Part shown: positions 9,609 through 20,735 of the stretch, piece after piece
Layout of the letters: each line of letters starts with the position of its first letter
How positions within the stretch are numbered: the first letter of the stretch is position 1
Assembly: GCF_003334785.1 (NCBI RefSeq)
Contig: NZ_QOWV01000012.1
DNA length: 64,000 nt
Direction: 5' to 3' (one strand)
DNA from: Escherichia coli
Lineage (GTDB): Bacteria; Pseudomonadota; Gammaproteobacteria; Enterobacterales; Enterobacteriaceae
Notes under the pieces: model-generated
Databases searched by the model: none
Told to the model about the DNA's origin: nothing
Seen by the model: the letters and a program-made list of their open reading frames with translations, nothing else
Made by a program: the position numbers and the translations under genes

Positions 9609-10589
9609 TCACCTTTCGCGCCAAAACTGCAAAATTGCTTCTACAAACTTGTCAGAAATAATCCCCCGACGGGCTGCCGTGCTGAAATGACTGCTTCGCA
9701 GTGCCGTCGTCCAGTTCTCCGGTGACCGGTACGCTGAACCGTAATATCCCGTGCTTAAATCGTCCGGGTCTTCATCAGGCGCGTTCGTCAGTCCTCTTTC
9801 ACCTTGTTGCTGGAAGTCGACGAAAATAATATTGGCTAAAACATTATTTTGATAATTGCCATAAATAACTTCATACGCATGAGGGAAATTTTCTTTCCAG
9901 TACCAGGTGGTATCGCCGCAAAACCACGGTGCGTCAGTAATATTATTAAGCTGAGAATGGTATTGTTTTAGATCCCTACGAAAGGCTTCAACCATATGAT
10001 TAAAGTGTTGAGGGTGTGACGCGTAGTCACTGGTCATTAAGTCAAATTCGCCTTGCATCCAGCATACGCCGAGGAATTTGTTATGCGGATTTTTTGCCAG
10101 TGCGGCTCGCGTTCTGCTGACTAAATCCTGGTATAGCGGAGTATCCGTTCCCCAACGACAAGCATCATGGCTGGCTCCGTGCCGTTCTGAATATGTCCCT
10201 TCGCTGCCCGCGGTAAAAGCCGATCCGCCACGGCAACACGGAACGATGAGAACCCCTGCATTATCAGGAATAAAGGGCAGTAATTTCCGTGCTATATGCA
10301 GTGCCTGGCCAACGGTGCCGTACTGTGTTTGATGATTCGTTGCCAGAGGATGGTGATAACCCTGCATATCCTGAACATCGTGTGGGCAGTGAGTCAGTGG
10401 AATCATGTCGTTAAAGTGACATGGCGGGCCTCCGGGATGCGTATGCGCAAATCTCGCTAATTGTTTGATTCTGGGATGAGGCGCATCTTCCCTGTCCGGT
10501 AATGGCAGTCCTTCGCCATACGCCATGGCATTAGACTGACCAGCAATGGTAAGAATATAGTAATAATCGGGCGATATTATTGCGTTCAT
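9609..10589 (-). CDS. nanS: 9-O-acetyl-N-acetylneuraminate esterase NanS
   Basis: MNAIISPDYYYILTIAGQSNAMAYGEG... matches NanS (YjhS); start at the internal Met giving 326 aa; synteny with nanM and nanC. Confidence 0.85.
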   Translation of the reverse strand: MNAIISPDYYYILTIAGQSNAMAYGEGLPLPDREDAPHPRIKQLARFAHTHPGGPPCHFNDMIPLTHCPHDVQDMQGYHHPLATNHQTQYGTVGQALHIARKLLPFIPDNAGVLIVPCCRGGSAFTAGSEGTYSERHGASHDACRWGTDTPLYQDLVSRTRAALAKNPHNKFLGVCWMQGEFDLMTSDYASHPQHFNHMVEAFRRDLKQYHSQLNNITDAPWFCGDTTWYWKENFPHAYEVIYGNYQNNVLANIIFVDFQQQGERGLTNAPDEDPDDLSTGYYGSAYRSPENWTTALRSSHFSTAARRGIISDKFVEAILQFWRER

Positions 10590-10653
10590 ATAAATTTCGC
10601 GTAATTGAAATGACAAATTGATAGCAGGGCCCCTTTACCGGGGCCCTGAAGCG

Positions 10654-11760
10654 TTAGTTTTGTACTGTAACTTTATTATCCTTCACAGAGATCAAAACTG
10701 AATCCGTCACCGCTTTGCCGCCTGCAGTTTCACCGCCAATAATCAATAGACTATTATTCCAGGGCAATGATACTCCGTAGGCCCGACCTTGCGATAATTC
10801 ACCCGATTTATCCCATTTCCCGTTATGCCAAAGATGAATATCAGTGCTATATGATTTTTTCAGGCCTTCATGCGCATAGTTCTTACCGTTCTGGTAATTT
10901 TCTCGTGAACCTTTGAATCCGGCCCCTCCGGCAAATATAAGAGAATCATTGCTTATCCCCGCAAAACCGCCAGCTACGCCATCTGGTGATGAGACGGGAG
11001 CAAGCTTATTCCATTTTAAATTATTACCGGTGAAATCAAGTTCAAATACGGCATCCGTTCGCAATCCTGGTTTGGCTTCGCCATTAATAAGCCAGGTTTT
11101 ATCACCTTTATTCACAACCGCCGCACCAGCCGTTCCGTACCAGGGCGATTCGCCAGCGTAACTCCATTGCTGTGTTGAGGGATCAAAAGACAACAGAAAC
11201 TTATTGAAAAAATAATCTTCTGCTTTTTTGTCAAAATAGTGAGCGTTGATTTTATCTATAGCGGTTGAATCTTTTCCAGCCTCGTTGAGATCTTCAAAAT
11301 AGCCATTGAAGATATTCTGGTTAACACCGCCAGTAACATAAGCCTTGCCGTTGTGTACAAAAGTTACATGACCCGCCATGCCCATCGGTGCGTGCGACAT
11401 CAATTTAACCCAACTATTGGTTTTGGGGTTGTATTTGTGTACGTCATTAAATACCTGAGTCAAGCCCTCGCTGTTTTTGCCAATGCCGCCAAACACATAC
11501 AGATTGCCATCAATAAATGCCGAGGTTGCTTGATCTCTTGGTCCACCAGGGAATGCAGCTAACGCTTTCCATTTTTTATCTTTGGCCTGTGTATCCAGCT
11601 TGTACCATGCCGTACCTGCGCTACCTAAACCAATGTAGACAGTGTCGTTATCAATTGCTCCGGTACCACTTTTAAATGGCACAGGAGTTTCCGGTAATAC
11701 AGACGCGTTTGCGGCAAATGAAGCCATCATGATAGCAAGCGCCGTTATTGTTTTATTCAT
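10654..11760 (-). CDS. nanM: N-acetylneuraminate mutarotase NanM (kelch repeats)
   Basis: MNKTITALAIMMASFAANASVLPETPVPFKSGTG... signal peptide plus kelch repeats; 368 aa from the internal Met. Confidence 0.85.
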   Translation of the reverse strand: MNKTITALAIMMASFAANASVLPETPVPFKSGTGAIDNDTVYIGLGSAGTAWYKLDTQAKDKKWKALAAFPGGPRDQATSAFIDGNLYVFGGIGKNSEGLTQVFNDVHKYNPKTNSWVKLMSHAPMGMAGHVTFVHNGKAYVTGGVNQNIFNGYFEDLNEAGKDSTAIDKINAHYFDKKAEDYFFNKFLLSFDPSTQQWSYAGESPWYGTAGAAVVNKGDKTWLINGEAKPGLRTDAVFELDFTGNNLKWNKLAPVSSPDGVAGGFAGISNDSLIFAGGAGFKGSRENYQNGKNYAHEGLKKSYSTDIHLWHNGKWDKSGELSQGRAYGVSLPWNNSLLIIGGETAGGKAVTDSVLISVKDNKVTVQN

Positions 11761-11779
11761 TGTGACTGTCTCCTGTCTA

Positions 11780-12496
11780 CTACAGTTTAAATGACACACC
11801 AATGCGATAACTGTTTTCCGATAAATTATCTCTGCCGTTGTAAACACCCTGACGGTCAAGGTAGTCATATTCTATGTATGGCGTAATATCCGGCGTCATA
11901 TGGTATTGTAGAACAAATGCATTTTCCGTCGCCCATTTCTTATGGTTTGCATAGCGATAATCGTTCTGTTTGCTGTATAGCGTCGTTTGCCATGCGAAGG
12001 TGAAATCACTATTAATATGGTAAGTGACATATCCATCCCAACGATGAACGTTATCACGAGACATATCACCGGATAAGTCTTGTTGTCGGTAAGCTTTCCA
12101 GTCGTAACGATAGCGAATGCCAAAATTAAGATCTTTTGTCGCGTCCCAGGACAGTTTTACGTAGGGTCCGTAGCGTGTGCCGTTGCTGCTAAAATGCGTT
12201 AACATTCCCGGGCGCACCGTCCATTGATCATCAAGTTTAATCGCGTAATTAACATCAACCTGAACATCATTGAGTGCGGCATTTTCCTTTTTATTATCAT
12301 GAATGGTATTCCAGGTATTACTTTCCATACTTGCCCACCATCCATTTTGCCATCCCTCACTGACTTTGAGTCGAGTCTCATAGGCGTGGCTTCCACTACG
12401 ATATCCACCACGTACGTCCAGTGTCGCAGCTTGAGAAATTAATGGTGACGAAAAGCACAGTAATAATACGCCAGAAAGTATTTTAGCCTTTTTCAT
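11780..12496 (-). CDS. nanC: N-acetylneuraminic acid outer-membrane channel NanC (KdgM family)
   Basis: MKKAKILSGVLLLCFSSPLISQA... signal peptide, beta-barrel-like sequence ending ...YRIGVSFKL; 238 aa. Confidence 0.85.
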   Translation of the reverse strand: MKKAKILSGVLLLCFSSPLISQAATLDVRGGYRSGSHAYETRLKVSEGWQNGWWASMESNTWNTIHDNKKENAALNDVQVDVNYAIKLDDQWTVRPGMLTHFSSNGTRYGPYVKLSWDATKDLNFGIRYRYDWKAYRQQDLSGDMSRDNVHRWDGYVTYHINSDFTFAWQTTLYSKQNDYRYANHKKWATENAFVLQYHMTPDITPYIEYDYLDRQGVYNGRDNLSENSYRIGVSFKL

Positions 12497-12920
12497 AAAT
12501 TTCACTCATTTGTAGGAAACAGAAAGCAATACAAAGCCCGCATAAACAATTAGCATTTATGTTGTGTAATATTTTTTTGCCAGGCTTATAGTGTCTTTGG
12601 CAACCGGTAGCTGTATTTTATATTTTTTGTATAAGGTCTCCTGTGAAAAATCTCTTTTCACATTATTTAAATAAACAGAGAGCCAGATTAAATACCTGAG
12701 TATAAAATCTCTTCTGATGTTTAATTGATTTGAATGTTCGTAAGCTATATCACTTACTCAATCCATTTTACCCAGAGTCATAAAATAGAGTGTCTGTTGA
12801 TCTCATTTTCATATTCCTTTCAGACTGAAGTGCATTTTCATCACCCGATGTGAAAGAACTGAAGTGATGTTTGCCATAGATTGCGAGATGCCCTGTCTCA
12901 TTGACTATCTTGGTGCACCT

Positions 12921-12935
12921 TTATACCTGTTATAC
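12921..12935 (-). promoter_or_regulatory. NanR-type operator (GGTATA direct repeats) in the nanC-fimB intergenic region
   Basis: Plus strand TATACCtgtTATACC is the reverse complement of GGTATAacaGGTATA, the NanR hexamer-repeat operator pattern. Confidence 0.45.
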
Positions 12936-13951
12936 CAGATCAAAAATCACGCAATCCATACAACAAAACCAGATTTGCAATTCGTGTCACAAAATATGTC
13001 GATATTTTTCTAAGAAGAAGATGCCATGTGAAGCCAAACGAACACTTGCGGAGGCCTTCACAAACCAAGGGTTGTTATTTAATTATCTGTTTTATAAGTA
13101 ATTTATTTAGAGTATAAACAAGGAAAGATTTGCAAGATAACTCAGTGGGCGTGGTGAAAATAAGTGTTTACCCGCCATCAGGCTGAGCATAATTCTCATC
13201 ATGAAATATGTTTCCTGGTTTGTGGCTTGTAGCTGGTCACTCCTGAAGTCTCTCTGGAGAGGCTTGTTGATGTTGGTGTTTTCAGGATGATGTTTCACTT
13301 AGCTTGTTTGCCGAATAGCCCGGCGAACAGCTGTGATTGAGGAAGGTTTAAGTCGCAGTGACCAAAGCCATATTTACCAACGGATGCAGATGAAAAAATC
13401 ATCTCCTGCTTTCCCCCATATCTCCAGGATAAAAAGGAATGTAACAATCTCATGAACTAAACTGACGAACCAGCCAGGAATAATCGCTAGGGACCTAAGA
13501 ATTAGCCTGATAATAGCTACTAAGAAATTACTGCGTTCCATGAAATAGCCATTTTGTGGCAAATGGAGTTGTCTAATAATGTCATATGTGAGACGGATAG
13601 TTGAACGAATATTAAATTTTGCTGAATTTTTTATGTTGATTTTACTTGTTACAGAACATATCACATGATATATAGATAAGATTAGTTGCATTAATGATGA
13701 GGGTTATTATTAGATTCGTATCCGATTGATAAATATATAAAGGTACATAGCATGCAAGAGCATAGCGTTTGTATGGCAACGTTATTATAAGTAACTGTTG
13801 CTACTCCATTTAAGTTCACTCAGAAGAACTGGTCCACTTACGTTAGTTATTAAGCAAACGTTCGCTTTTATAAACATAATCAGGATAAAAATGTTGGATT
13901 ATTGCTAACCCAGCACAGCTAGTGCGCGTCTGTAATTATAAGGGAAAAACG

Positions 13952-14554
13952 ATGAAGAATAAGGCTGATAACAAAAAAAGGAACTTCCTGACCCATAGTG
14001 AAATCGAATCACTCCTTAAAGCAGCAAATACCGGGCCTCATGCAGCACGTAATTATTGTCTGACTTTGCTTTGTTTTATTCATGGTTTCCGGGCGAGTGA
14101 AATTTGTCGATTGAGGATTTCGGATATTGATCTTAAGGCAAAGTGTATATATATCCATCGATTAAAAAAAGGCTTTTCAACAACGCACCCGCTATTGAAC
14201 AAAGAAGTTCAGGCTTTAAAAAACTGGTTGAGTATCCGTACTTCGTACCCGCATGCTGAGAGCGAATGGGTATTTTTATCGCGTAAGGGAAATCCGCTTT
14301 CTCGGCAACAGTTTTACCATATTATCTCGACTTCCGGTGGTAATGCCGGGTTGTCACTGGAGATTCATCCGCACATGTTACGCCATTCGTGTGGTTTTGC
14401 TTTGGCGAATATGGGAATAGATACGCGACTTATCCAGGATTATCTTGGGCATCGCAATATTCGTCATACTGTCTGGTATACCGCCAGCAATGCAGGGCGT
14501 TTTTACGGCATCTGGGATAGAGCCAGAGGACGACAGCGTCACGCTGTTTTATAG
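13952..14554 (+). CDS. fimB: type 1 fimbriae switch recombinase FimB
   Basis: MKNKADNKKRNFLTHSEIESLLKAANTGPHAARNYCLTLL... tyrosine recombinase, 200 aa. Confidence 0.9.
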   Translation: MKNKADNKKRNFLTHSEIESLLKAANTGPHAARNYCLTLLCFIHGFRASEICRLRISDIDLKAKCIYIHRLKKGFSTTHPLLNKEVQALKNWLSIRTSYPHAESEWVFLSRKGNPLSRQQFYHIISTSGGNAGLSLEIHPHMLRHSCGFALANMGIDTRLIQDYLGHRNIRHTVWYTASNAGRFYGIWDRARGRQRHAVL

Positions 14555-15031
14555 AGATAGTTGAGATACCAGGGATGGTGTTAAAAACTACATTATTCTT
14601 ACGATATATCAAAAATGATTAACCATTTATTAATTGATGTTATTGTAAGTGTGATTATTAATTTTCATAATAAACATTAAGTTAACCATATCCATACAAA
14701 ATACAATGGTTTATGTTCTTAAAAATAAATAAACAAAATCATTCATAAATTTACACATCACTTAAATTCTCCTGTTTCCGCACTTTTTTCTTTATTTTTT
14801 AAGCAACTGGAAGTTAATCCACTGCAATCTATTGTTATATTGAATCAAATCAATGAAAATAGATGTTATCACATCAGTGATATTTTATTTTTGTATGATA
14901 TTTAATGTAATTGACTGATAGCCACATCACTTCGTGTGTGGTTATCTTTTTATCTATTGGGCTAATTTTGACCGATTGAGGTTTCCTATAGGTATTCATT
15001 CAAATATATCTCAGTCAGGAGTACTACTATT

Positions 15032-15628
15032 GTGAGTAAACGTCGTTATCTTACCGGTAAAGAAGTTCAGGCCATGATGCAGGCGGTTTGTTACGGGGCA
15101 ACGGGAGCCAGAGATTATTGTCTTATTCTGTTGGCATATCGGCATGGGATGCGTATTAGTGAACTGCTTGATCTGCATTATCAGGATCTTGACCTTAATG
15201 AAGGTCGAATAAATATTCGCCGACTGAAGAACGGATTTTCTACCGTTCACCCGTTACGTTTTGATGAGCGTGAAGCCGTGGAACGCTGGACCCAGGAACG
15301 TGCTAACTGGAAAGGCGCTGACCGGACCGACGCTATATTTATTTCTCGCCGTGGGAGTCGGCTTTCTCGCCAGCAGGCCTATCGCATTATTCGCGATGCC
15401 GGTATTGAAGCTGGAACCGTAACGCAGACTCATCCTCATATGTTAAGGCATGCTTGCGGTTATGAACTGGCGGAGCGTGGTGCAGATACTCGTTTAATTC
15501 AGGATTATCTCGGGCATCGAAATATTCGCCATACTGTACGTTATACCGCCAGTAATGCTGCTCGTTTTGCCGGATTATGGGAAAGAAATAATCTCATAAA
15601 CGAAAAATTAAAAAGAGAAGAGGTTTGA
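15032..15628 (+). CDS. fimE: type 1 fimbriae switch recombinase FimE
   Basis: GTG start; MSKRRYLTGKEVQAMMQAVCYGATGARDYCLILLAYRHGMRISELL...; 198 aa. Confidence 0.9.
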   Translation: MSKRRYLTGKEVQAMMQAVCYGATGARDYCLILLAYRHGMRISELLDLHYQDLDLNEGRINIRRLKNGFSTVHPLRFDEREAVERWTQERANWKGADRTDAIFISRRGSRLSRQQAYRIIRDAGIEAGTVTQTHPHMLRHACGYELAERGADTRLIQDYLGHRNIRHTVRYTASNAARFAGLWERNNLINEKLKREEV

Positions 15629-15675
15629 TTTAACTCATTGATAATAAAGTTAAAAAACAAATAAATACAAGACAA

Positions 15676-15989
15676 TTGGGGCCATTTTGACTCATAGAGG
15701 AAAGCATCGCGCACAAACTTTTTCAGTTTATTTGTTGGCTTAATATTCTATTGTTATCTTTATTTATAGATTTTTATATTGCATGAGGTGGTTTTTGGAG
15801 AGAAGAATGAGGAAGATGCGTCGAGCCACAGAAACGTTAGCTTTACATATAGCGGAGGTGATGTGAAATTAATTTACAAGAGAAATAATTTACATATCAA
15901 ACAGTTAGATGCTTTTTGTCGTTTTTTAATATTTTTATGCTTGAGAAAAAATACGTAACTTATTTATGATATGGACAGTTTGGCCCCAA
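15676..15989. promoter_or_regulatory. fimS: fimS invertible phase-variation switch (314 bp) bounded by 9-bp inverted repeats, captured in the fimA-ON orientation
   Basis: TTGGGGCCA at 15676-15684 and TGGCCCCAA at 15981-15989; promoter-like TTGAGA / TATGATA inside the element pointing toward fimA. Confidence 0.85.
15944..15971 (+). promoter_or_regulatory. fimA sigma70 promoter inside fimS (-35 TTGAGA, -10 TATGATA)
   Basis: Hexamers read directly from sequence, about 18 bp apart, immediately inside the right inverted repeat and oriented toward fimA. Confidence 0.55.
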
Positions 15990-16108
15990 ATGTTTCATCT
16001 TTTAGGGGAAAACTGTGCAGTGTTGGCAGTCAAACTCGTTGACAAAACAAAGTGTACAGAACGACTGCCCATGTCGATTTAGAAATAGTTTTTTTAAAGG
16101 AAAGCAGC

Positions 16109-16657
16109 ATGAAAATTAAAACTCTGGCAATCGTTGTTCTGTCGGCTCTGTCCCTCAGTTCCGCAGCGGCTCTGGCCGATACTACGACGGTAAATGGTGG
16201 GACCGTTCACTTTAAAGGGGAAGTTGTTAACGCCGCTTGCGCAGTTGATGCAGGCTCTGTTGATCAAACCGTTCAGTTGGGACAGGTTCGTACCGCTAGC
16301 CTGAAGCAGGCTGGAGCAACCAGCTCTGCCGTTGGTTTTAACATTCAGTTGAATGATTGCGATACCACTGTTGCCACAAAAGCCGCTGTTGCCTTCTTAG
16401 GTACGGCAATTGATGCTACGCGTACTGATGTACTGGCTCTGCAGAGTTCTGCTGCAGGTAGTGCAACAAACGTTGGCGTGCAGATCCTGGACAGAACAGG
16501 CAATGCTCTGACGCTGGACGGTGCGACATTTAGTGCACAAACAACCCTGAATAACGGTACCAACACCATTCCGTTCCAGGCGCGTTATTATGCAATCGGC
16601 GAGGCAACCCCGGGTGCAGCTAATGCGGATGCAACCTTCAAGGTTCAGTATCAATAA
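16109..16657 (+). CDS. fimA: type 1 fimbrial major subunit FimA
   Basis: [23 protein letters not shown] signal peptide, pilin sequence ending ATFKVQYQ; 182 aa. Confidence 0.9.
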   Translation: MKIKTLAIVVLSALSLSSAAALADTTTVNGGTVHFKGEVVNAACAVDAGSVDQTVQLGQVRTASLKQAGATSSAVGFNIQLNDCDTTVATKAAVAFLGTAIDATRTDVLALQSSAAGSATNVGVQILDRTGNALTLDGATFSAQTTLNNGTNTIPFQARYYAIGEATPGAANADATFKVQYQ

Positions 16658-16721
16658 CCTACCCAGGTTCAAGGACGTCATTACGGGCAGGGATGCCCAC
16701 CCTTGTGCGATAAAAATAACG

Positions 16722-17261
16722 ATGAAAAGGAAGAGATTATTTCTGTTAGCGTCGTTGCTGCCAATGTTTGCTCTGGCCGGAAATAAATGGAATACCACGC
16801 TGCCCGGCGGAAATATGCAATTTCAGGGCGTCATTATTGCGGAAACTTGCCGGATTGAAGCCGGTGATAAACAAATGACGGTCAATATGGGGCAAATCAG
16901 CAGTAACCGGTTTCATGCGGCAGGGGAAGATAGCGCACCGGTGCCTTTTGTTATTCATTTACGGGAATGTAGCACGGTGGTGAGTGAACGTGTGGGGGTG
17001 GCGTTTCACGGTGTCGCGGATGGTAAAAATCCGGATGTGCTTTCCGTGGGAGAGGGGCCAGGGATAGCCACCAATATTGGCGTAGCGTTGTTTGATGATG
17101 AAGGAAACCTCGTACCGATTAATCGTCCTCCAGCAAACTGGAAACGGCTTTACTCAGGCTCTACTTCGCTACATTTCATCGCCAAATATCGTGCTACCGG
17201 GCGTCGGGTTACTGGCGGCATCGCCAATGCCCAGGCCTGGTTCTCTTTAACCTATCAGTAA
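16722..17261 (+). CDS. fimI: fimbrial protein FimI
   Basis: [19 protein letters not shown] signal peptide, pilin-like sequence ending FSLTYQ; 179 aa from the internal start. Confidence 0.85.
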   Translation: MKRKRLFLLASLLPMFALAGNKWNTTLPGGNMQFQGVIIAETCRIEAGDKQMTVNMGQISSNRFHAAGEDSAPVPFVIHLRECSTVVSERVGVAFHGVADGKNPDVLSVGEGPGIATNIGVALFDDEGNLVPINRPPANWKRLYSGSTSLHFIAKYRATGRRVTGGIANAQAWFSLTYQ

Positions 17262-17297
17262 TTGTTCAGCAGATAATGTGATAACAGGAACAGGACA

Positions 17298-18023
17298 GTG
17301 AGTAATAAAAACGTCAATGTAAGGAAATCGCAGGAAATAACATTCTGCTTGCTGGCAGGTATCCTGATGTTTATGGCAATGATGGTTGCCGGACGCGCTG
17401 AAGCGGGAGTGGCCTTAGGTGCGACTCGCGTAATTTATCCGGCAGGGCAAAAACAAGTGCAACTTGCCGTGACAAATAATGATGAAAATAGTACCTATTT
17501 AATTCAATCATGGGTGGAAAATGCCGATGGTGTAAAGGATGGTCGTTTTATCGTGACGCCTCCTCTGTTTGCGATGAAGGGAAAAAAAGAGAATACCTTG
17601 CGTATTCTTGATGCAACAAATAACCAATTGCCACAGGATCGGGAAAGTTTATTCTGGATGAATGTTAAAGCGATTCCGTCAATGGATAAATCAAAATTGA
17701 CTGAGAATACGCTACAGCTCGCAATTATCAGCCGCATTAAACTGTACTATCGCCCGGCTAAATTAGCGTTGCCACCCGATCAGGCCGCAGAAAAATTAAG
17801 ATTTCGTCGTAGCGCGAATTCTCTGACGCTGATTAACCCGACACCCTATTACCTGACGGTAACAGAGTTGAATGCCGGAACCCGGGTTCTTGAAAATGCC
17901 TTGGTGCCTCCAATGGGCGAAAGCACGGTTAAATTGCCTTCTGATGCGGGAAGCAATATTACTTACCGAACAATAAATGATTATGGTGCACTTACCCCCA
18001 AAATGACGGGCGTAATGGAATAA
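17298..18023 (+). CDS. fimC: periplasmic fimbrial chaperone FimC
   Basis: GTG start; 241 aa; PapD-like chaperone sequence; operon position. Confidence 0.9.
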   Translation: MSNKNVNVRKSQEITFCLLAGILMFMAMMVAGRAEAGVALGATRVIYPAGQKQVQLAVTNNDENSTYLIQSWVENADGVKDGRFIVTPPLFAMKGKKENTLRILDATNNQLPQDRESLFWMNVKAIPSMDKSKLTENTLQLAIISRIKLYYRPAKLALPPDQAAEKLRFRRSANSLTLINPTPYYLTVTELNAGTRVLENALVPPMGESTVKLPSDAGSNITYRTINDYGALTPKMTGVME

Positions 18024-18089
18024 CGCAGGGGGAATTTTTCGCCTGAATAAAAAGAATTGACTGCCGGGTGACTTTAAACCGGAGGAATA

Positions 18090-20726
18090 ATGTCATATCT
18101 GAATTTAAGACTTTACCAGCGAAACACACAATGCTTGCATATTCGTAAGCATCGTTTGGCTGGTTTTTTTGTCCGGCTCTTTGTTGCCTGTGCTTTTGCC
18201 GCACAGGCACCTTTGTCATCTGCCGAACTCTATTTTAACCCGCGTTTTTTAGCGGATGATCCCCAGGCTGTGGCCGATTTATCGCGTTTTGAAAATGGGC
18301 AAGAATTACCGCCAGGGACGTATCGCGTCGATATCTATTTGAATAATGGTTATATGGCAACGCGTGATGTCACATTTAATACGGGCGACAGTGAACAAGG
18401 GATTGTTCCCTGCCTGACACGCGCGCAACTCGCCAGTATGGGGCTGAATACGGCTTCTGTCGCCGGTATGAATCTGCTGGCGGATGATGCCTGTGTGCCA
18501 TTAACCACAATGGTCCAGGACGCTACTGCGCATCTGGATGTTGGTCAGCAGCGACTGAACCTGACGATCCCTCAGGCATTTATGAGTAATCGCGCGCGTG
18601 GTTATATTCCTCCTGAGTTATGGGATCCCGGTATTAATGCCGGATTGCTCAATTATAATTTCAGCGGAAATAGTGTACAGAATCGGATTGGGGGTAACAG
18701 CCATTATGCATATTTAAACCTACAGAGTGGGTTAAATATTGGTGCGTGGCGTTTACGCGACAATACCACCTGGAGTTATAACAGTAGCGACAGATCATCA
18801 GGTAGCAAAAATAAATGGCAGCATATCAATACCTGGCTTGAGCGAGACATAATACCGTTACGTTCCCGGCTGACGCTGGGTGATGGTTATACTCAGGGCG
18901 ATATTTTCGATGGTATTAACTTTCGCGGCGCACAATTGGCCTCAGATGACAATATGTTACCCGATAGCCAAAGAGGATTTGCCCCGGTGATCCACGGTAT
19001 TGCTCGTGGTACTGCACAGGTCACTATTAAACAAAATGGGTATGACATTTATAATAGTACGGTGCCACCGGGGCCTTTTACCATCAACGATATCTATGCC
19101 GCAGGTAATAGTGGTGACTTGCAGGTAACGATCAAAGAGGCTGACGGCAGCACGCAGATTTTTACCGTACCCTATTCGTCAGTCCCGCTTTTGCAACGTG
19201 AAGGGCATACTCGTTATTCCATTACGGCAGGAGAATACCGTAGTGGAAATGCGCAGCAGGAAAAACCCCGCTTTTTCCAGAGTACATTACTCCACGGCCT
19301 TCCGGCTGGCTGGACAATATATGGTGGAACGCAACTGGCGGATCGTTATCGTGCTTTTAATTTCGGTATCGGGAAAAACATGGGGGCACTGGGCGCTCTG
19401 TCTGTGGATATGACGCAGGCTAATTCCACACTTCCCGATGACAGTCAGCATGACGGACAATCGGTGCGTTTTCTCTATAACAAATCGCTCAATGAATCAG
19501 GCACGAATATTCAGTTAGTGGGTTACCGTTATTCGACCAGCGGATATTTTAATTTCGCTGATACAACATACAGTCGAATGAATGGCTACAACATCGAAAC
19601 ACAGGATGGAGTTATTCAGGTTAAGCCGAAATTCACCGACTATTACAACCTCGCTTATAACAAACGCGGGAAATTACAGCTCACCGTTACTCAGCAACTC
19701 GGGCGCACATCAACACTGTATTTGAGTGGTAGCCATCAAACTTATTGGGGAACGAGTAATGTCGATGAGCAATTCCAGGCTGGATTAAATACTGCGTTCG
19801 AAGATATCAACTGGACGCTCAGCTATAGCCTGACGAAAAACGCCTGGCAAAAAGGACGTGATCAGATGTTAGCGCTTAACGTCAATATTCCTTTCAGCCA
19901 CTGGCTGCGTTCTGACAGTAAATCTCAGTGGCGACATGCCAGTGCCAGCTACAGCATGTCACACGATCTCAACGGTCGGATGACCAATCTGGCTGGTGTA
20001 TACGGTACGTTGCTGGAAGACAACAACCTCAGCTATAGCGTGCAAACCGGCTATGCCGGGGGAGGCGATGGTAATAGCGGAAGCACAGGCTACGCCACGC
20101 TGAATTATCGCGGTGGTTACGGCAATGCCAATATCGGTTACAGCCATAGCGATGATATTAAGCAGCTCTATTACGGAGTCAGCGGTGGGGTATTGGCTCA
20201 TGCCAATGGCGTAACGCTGGGGCAGCCGTTAAACGATACGGTGGTGCTTGTTAAAGCGCCTGGCGCAAAAGATGCAAAAGTCGAAAACCAGACGGGGGTG
20301 CGTACCGACTGGCGCGGTTATGCCGTGCTGCCTTATGCCACTGAATATAGGGAAAACAGAGTGGCGCTGGATACCAATACCCTGGCTGATAACGTCGATT
20401 TAGATAACGCGGTCGCTAACGTTGTTCCCACTCGTGGGGCGATCGTGCGAGCAGAGTTTAAAGCGCGCGTTGGGATAAAACTGCTCATGACGCTAACCCA
20501 CAATAATAAGCCGCTGCCGTTTGGGGCGATGGTGACATCAGAGAGTAGCCAGAGTAGCGGCATTGTTGCGGATAATGGTCAGGTTTACCTCAGCGGAATG
20601 CCTTTAGCGGGAAAAGTTCAGGTGAAATGGGGAGAAGAGGAAAATGCTCACTGTGTCGCCAATTATCAACTGCCACCAGAGAGTCAGCAGCAGTTATTAA
20701 CCCAGCTATCAGCTGAATGTCGTTAA
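18090..20726 (+). CDS. fimD: outer-membrane fimbrial usher FimD
   Basis: 878-aa usher following the chaperone gene. Confidence 0.9.
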   Translation: MSYLNLRLYQRNTQCLHIRKHRLAGFFVRLFVACAFAAQAPLSSAELYFNPRFLADDPQAVADLSRFENGQELPPGTYRVDIYLNNGYMATRDVTFNTGDSEQGIVPCLTRAQLASMGLNTASVAGMNLLADDACVPLTTMVQDATAHLDVGQQRLNLTIPQAFMSNRARGYIPPELWDPGINAGLLNYNFSGNSVQNRIGGNSHYAYLNLQSGLNIGAWRLRDNTTWSYNSSDRSSGSKNKWQHINTWLERDIIPLRSRLTLGDGYTQGDIFDGINFRGAQLASDDNMLPDSQRGFAPVIHGIARGTAQVTIKQNGYDIYNSTVPPGPFTINDIYAAGNSGDLQVTIKEADGSTQIFTVPYSSVPLLQREGHTRYSITAGEYRSGNAQQEKPRFFQSTLLHGLPAGWTIYGGTQLADRYRAFNFGIGKNMGALGALSVDMTQANSTLPDDSQHDGQSVRFLYNKSLNESGTNIQLVGYRYSTSGYFNFADTTYSRMNGYNIETQDGVIQVKPKFTDYYNLAYNKRGKLQLTVTQQLGRTSTLYLSGSHQTYWGTSNVDEQFQAGLNTAFEDINWTLSYSLTKNAWQKGRDQMLALNVNIPFSHWLRSDSKSQWRHASASYSMSHDLNGRMTNLAGVYGTLLEDNNLSYSVQTGYAGGGDGNSGSTGYATLNYRGGYGNANIGYSHSDDIKQLYYGVSGGVLAHANGVTLGQPLNDTVVLVKAPGAKDAKVENQTGVRTDWRGYAVLPYATEYRENRVALDTNTLADNVDLDNAVANVVPTRGAIVRAEFKARVGIKLLMTLTHNNKPLPFGAMVTSESSQSSGIVADNGQVYLSGMPLAGKVQVKWGEEENAHCVANYQLPPESQQQLLTQLSAECR

Positions 20727-20735
20727 GGGGGCGTG

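Noticed and set aside
12901-13691. Three short ORFs (66, 63, 105 aa) in the nanC-fimB intergenic region
   Set aside because: Region corresponds to the long regulatory intergenic DNA upstream of fimB; ORFs are AT-rich with no ribosome-binding sites noticed.
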